A stretch of 64,000 bases of DNA from Eledone cirrhosa (taxonomy: Eukaryota): the NCBI GenBank assembly GCA_964016885.1, contig OZ024741.1, forward strand, positions 49,476,001 through 49,540,000, given 5' to 3'. Positions 61,093 through 64,000 of this stretch are shown here, piece by piece. Within the stretch, counting starts at the first letter, position 1; each line of letters begins with the position of its first letter. The position numbers and the translations under genes are program-made. Below the pieces are notes generated by a model that was not told the DNA's origin, did not search any database, and was given only the letters and a program-made list of their open reading frames with translations.

Positions 61093-62210
61093 TACTTAAA
61101 CTTTCCTATAGTAATAATTATCTAGACACATATGACCTTAGCAACCTGTGCCCTACAAGACCAGCAAGAGGCAGACCACCTACCATTACCTCAATGGCCA
61201 AGAAAACCCACACAGATAGATGGAACGAGTGGACCAGAGCCATACGGACACCCGAAAACCACGATGAACTAAAGAAAATGATTGCACATGTGGTGGGGGC
61301 CAGCAAAAAATTAACCCTTAAGGAACATATGTTCAAATTTAATGGAAAAACATATGCCCAAGAGGAGGGAGCAGCCATTGGTGTTAGCATTGCAGGTGAC
61401 ATAGCTAACTTATTCATGGTATGGTGGGACAGTAGACTTAAACTTAAACTTAAAGAACAATTAGAAGACCCCTTAACCCTGATAATATACTCCCGCTACG
61501 TTGATGATATAAACATCGTAGTTAAAACACCCCCACTAGAGAACAGTCAGGAATTAGAGAAAAACACAATGGAAAGCATCCAGCAAATAGCTAACTCCAT
61601 CCACCAGAGCATTAGAGTTACTATAGACTACCCAAGCAAACACCCCAACCATCGATTACCTGTACTAGACACAGAGCTCTGGTTAGATACCATTAATAAC
61701 AAAAAACAAATCCTTCATTCCCATTATGCCAAACCCATGACTTGCAAATATCTGATCCACCGAAACTCATCTGTTTCGGACCATACTGATTGCGGATTTG
61801 GTACGGGTGATGAGAAACATGTCCTGCATGTGCAACCCCTAGAACTAGAGAGACACATACAACACTTCATCCACCGTATGCAGTTCTCTGGCTACAATCA
61901 GAGAGATAAAATCAGAGTGTATAGAGGAGCCAGAACCAAATGGGAAAAAATGGTAAATAATGACACAAATGGGACCTGCCCCTTGTATTGGAGCAAATTT
62001 TGGAATAGAATAGAAAGAACTAGGAATAAGGCTAATAGAATAAACTCATGGTATGATAGCAATAAATACCAGAGTGTAATGTTCATCGATACAACCCCTA
62101 GAGGTGAATTAGCTTACAAATTTAAAAGGGCCCTAGATAAACATAAACTCAATATTAAGATAGTAGAAAGACCAGGTACCTCCATAAAAACACTTATTAG
62201 CAAGACGTAT
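61093..62210 (+). mobile_element. Penelope-like element reverse transcriptase, 5'-truncated
   Basis: FKFNGKTYAQEEGAAIGVSIAGDIANLFM, YSRYVDDI, LPVLD and YAKP are PLE RT motifs. Confidence 0.9.
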
Positions 62211-63838
62211 CAGTAGAAGTATCTAGCTAAAAGTAAACCCCTATACTTAGCTTTTGTCGACTTGGAGAAAGCCTTTGACAGAGTCCCCCGTTCCATTATC
62301 TGGTGGGCTCTTAGAAAACTAGGTGTTGACGAATGGTTTGTGAGAGCTATACAAGCCATGTATAAAGAAACAGTCAGCAAGGTTGGAATTAACAACGAAT
62401 ATAGTGAAGAGTTTAGCGTAAAAGTTGGCGTCCATCAGGGCTCTGTTCTCAGCCCCCTACTATTTATTATTGCCCTTCAGGCTATAACAGAGGAGTTCAA
62501 GACCGGCTGCCCATGGGAACTCCTATACGCAGATGACCTAACACTCATAGCTGAATCAATGGCCGAGCTAGAGAAGAAATTCCAAGCATGGAAGCACGGC
62601 CTAGAAACAAAAGGCCTTAAAATTAACCTGACTAAGACTAAAGTTCTAGTTTGTAAGAAAGAAAATAAGGCGGCGGTCCCTTCCGGGAAATGGCCATGCT
62701 CAGTGTGTAGGAAAGGTGTAGGTAGAAACTCCATTTTGTGTCCAAATGCAAAGATTGGGTGCATAAAAGATGTAGTGGGATCACAGGTAAGCTAACTAAG
62801 AACATAGATTTTACATGTGGCCGGTGCTCTGGTGCAATAAGTAGCAGCAAGTGCCCACAAAATACTAGCTCTTTCAACTGCGCAGAGTGTCCTATAGAAA
62901 TAGTGGACAGCTTCCATTACCTGGGTGACAAAATCAGCAGTGGGGGAGGGTGCTCTGAAAGTACAGTAGCTAGAGTCAGAACTGGATGGAAAAAGTTCAG
63001 AGAGCTTATACCACTATTAGCCGCTAAAGGGTTCTCCCTAAAAATGAAAGGCAGGTTGTATGATGCCTGTATACGAACAGCAATGTTGCATGGCAGTGAG
63101 ATCTGGGCATTGTGTGCAGAGGATATACGCAGACTAGAGAGGAACGAAGCTTGCATGCTCCGCTGGATGTGTAATAGTAATATACGTGAACGGCAAAGCA
63201 TAAACGAACTAAGGAAAAAATTAGAAATAAGAGGGATCAGATGTTGTTTATTCGAGAGAAGGCTACGTTGGTATGGTCACGTGATGCACATGAAAGACGA
63301 TAGCTGCATAACAAAGTGCAGGGCAATAAAGATAGACGGTAGCCACGGAGTAGGCAGACCCAGAAAAACCTGGGACGAGCTGATAAATTCCGACCTCACA
63401 CACTTACACCTCTCCAAGACAATGTCACTGGACCGAGACCTTTGGCGGTACTCAGTAATAGAGAAGACCCGCCTTACCTAAATACAAAGTAAAACCTACT
63501 ACAGTCAATAGGCATCTCTAACAAAATACACCCCTGTCCCACCACCCCTTTCAATGTAAAGTTATGTTGGTGCCACAACATCCAGACCGAAACAAATGAG
63601 ATCGTGTAGGTGTCACGACAAAAAATCACACAATCCACGTTGTAATGTGGCCGTGTAGGCAACACGGTAAAAACCTCCCAGCCCCACACTGTAAATGTGG
63701 TTGGTGTTAGGAAGGGCATCCAGCTGTGAAAACCCGCCAGACAGTCCTATGCGAGCAAGACAATCACTCTTGCCTCAAGTGGGAAAACCCTCGTCCAAAC
63801 CCATGCAAGCGTGGAACACGGACGTTGATGATGATGAT
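62211..63838 (+). mobile_element. RTE LINE family A, 5'-truncated
   Basis: ORFs 62262..62795 (YADD intact) and 62738..63481 with one frameshift; 3' UTR and (GAT)n tail; very similar to the 33-35 kb copy. Confidence 0.95.
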
Positions 63839-64000
63839 ATATATATACATATATATATATATACATACATATATATATATATATATATACATCTATATAT
63901 ATATATACATCTATACATATATATACATATATATACATATATATATATACATATATATATACATATATATATACATATATATATATATGTATACATATAT

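Overview
AT-rich, repeat-dominated animal genomic DNA. The mix of (TA)n/(CA)n microsatellites, RTE LINEs with (GAT)n tails, tRNA-SINEs and Penelope-like elements suggests a cephalopod such as Octopus (inference). Most of the window looks intronic. There is one well-supported 147-nt + strand coding exon (51082-51228, PKD-domain-like) and a plausible signal-peptide first exon (2915-2972). The rest is decayed mobile DNA: L1/Tx1, RTE (two families, one with a PHD finger), CRE, mariner, hAT and piggyBac-type MITEs, and SINEs. It also holds a 47-bp satellite (~3 kb), a ~6-kb structured (TA)n array and a 200-N gap. The most notable locus is 60.07-63.84 kb: an inverted Penelope-like element carrying an intact-looking minimal hammerhead ribozyme, whose RT half is fused directly to an RTE LINE. 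Almost all long ORFs in the supplied track are microsatellite artefacts. No prokaryotic system is present.
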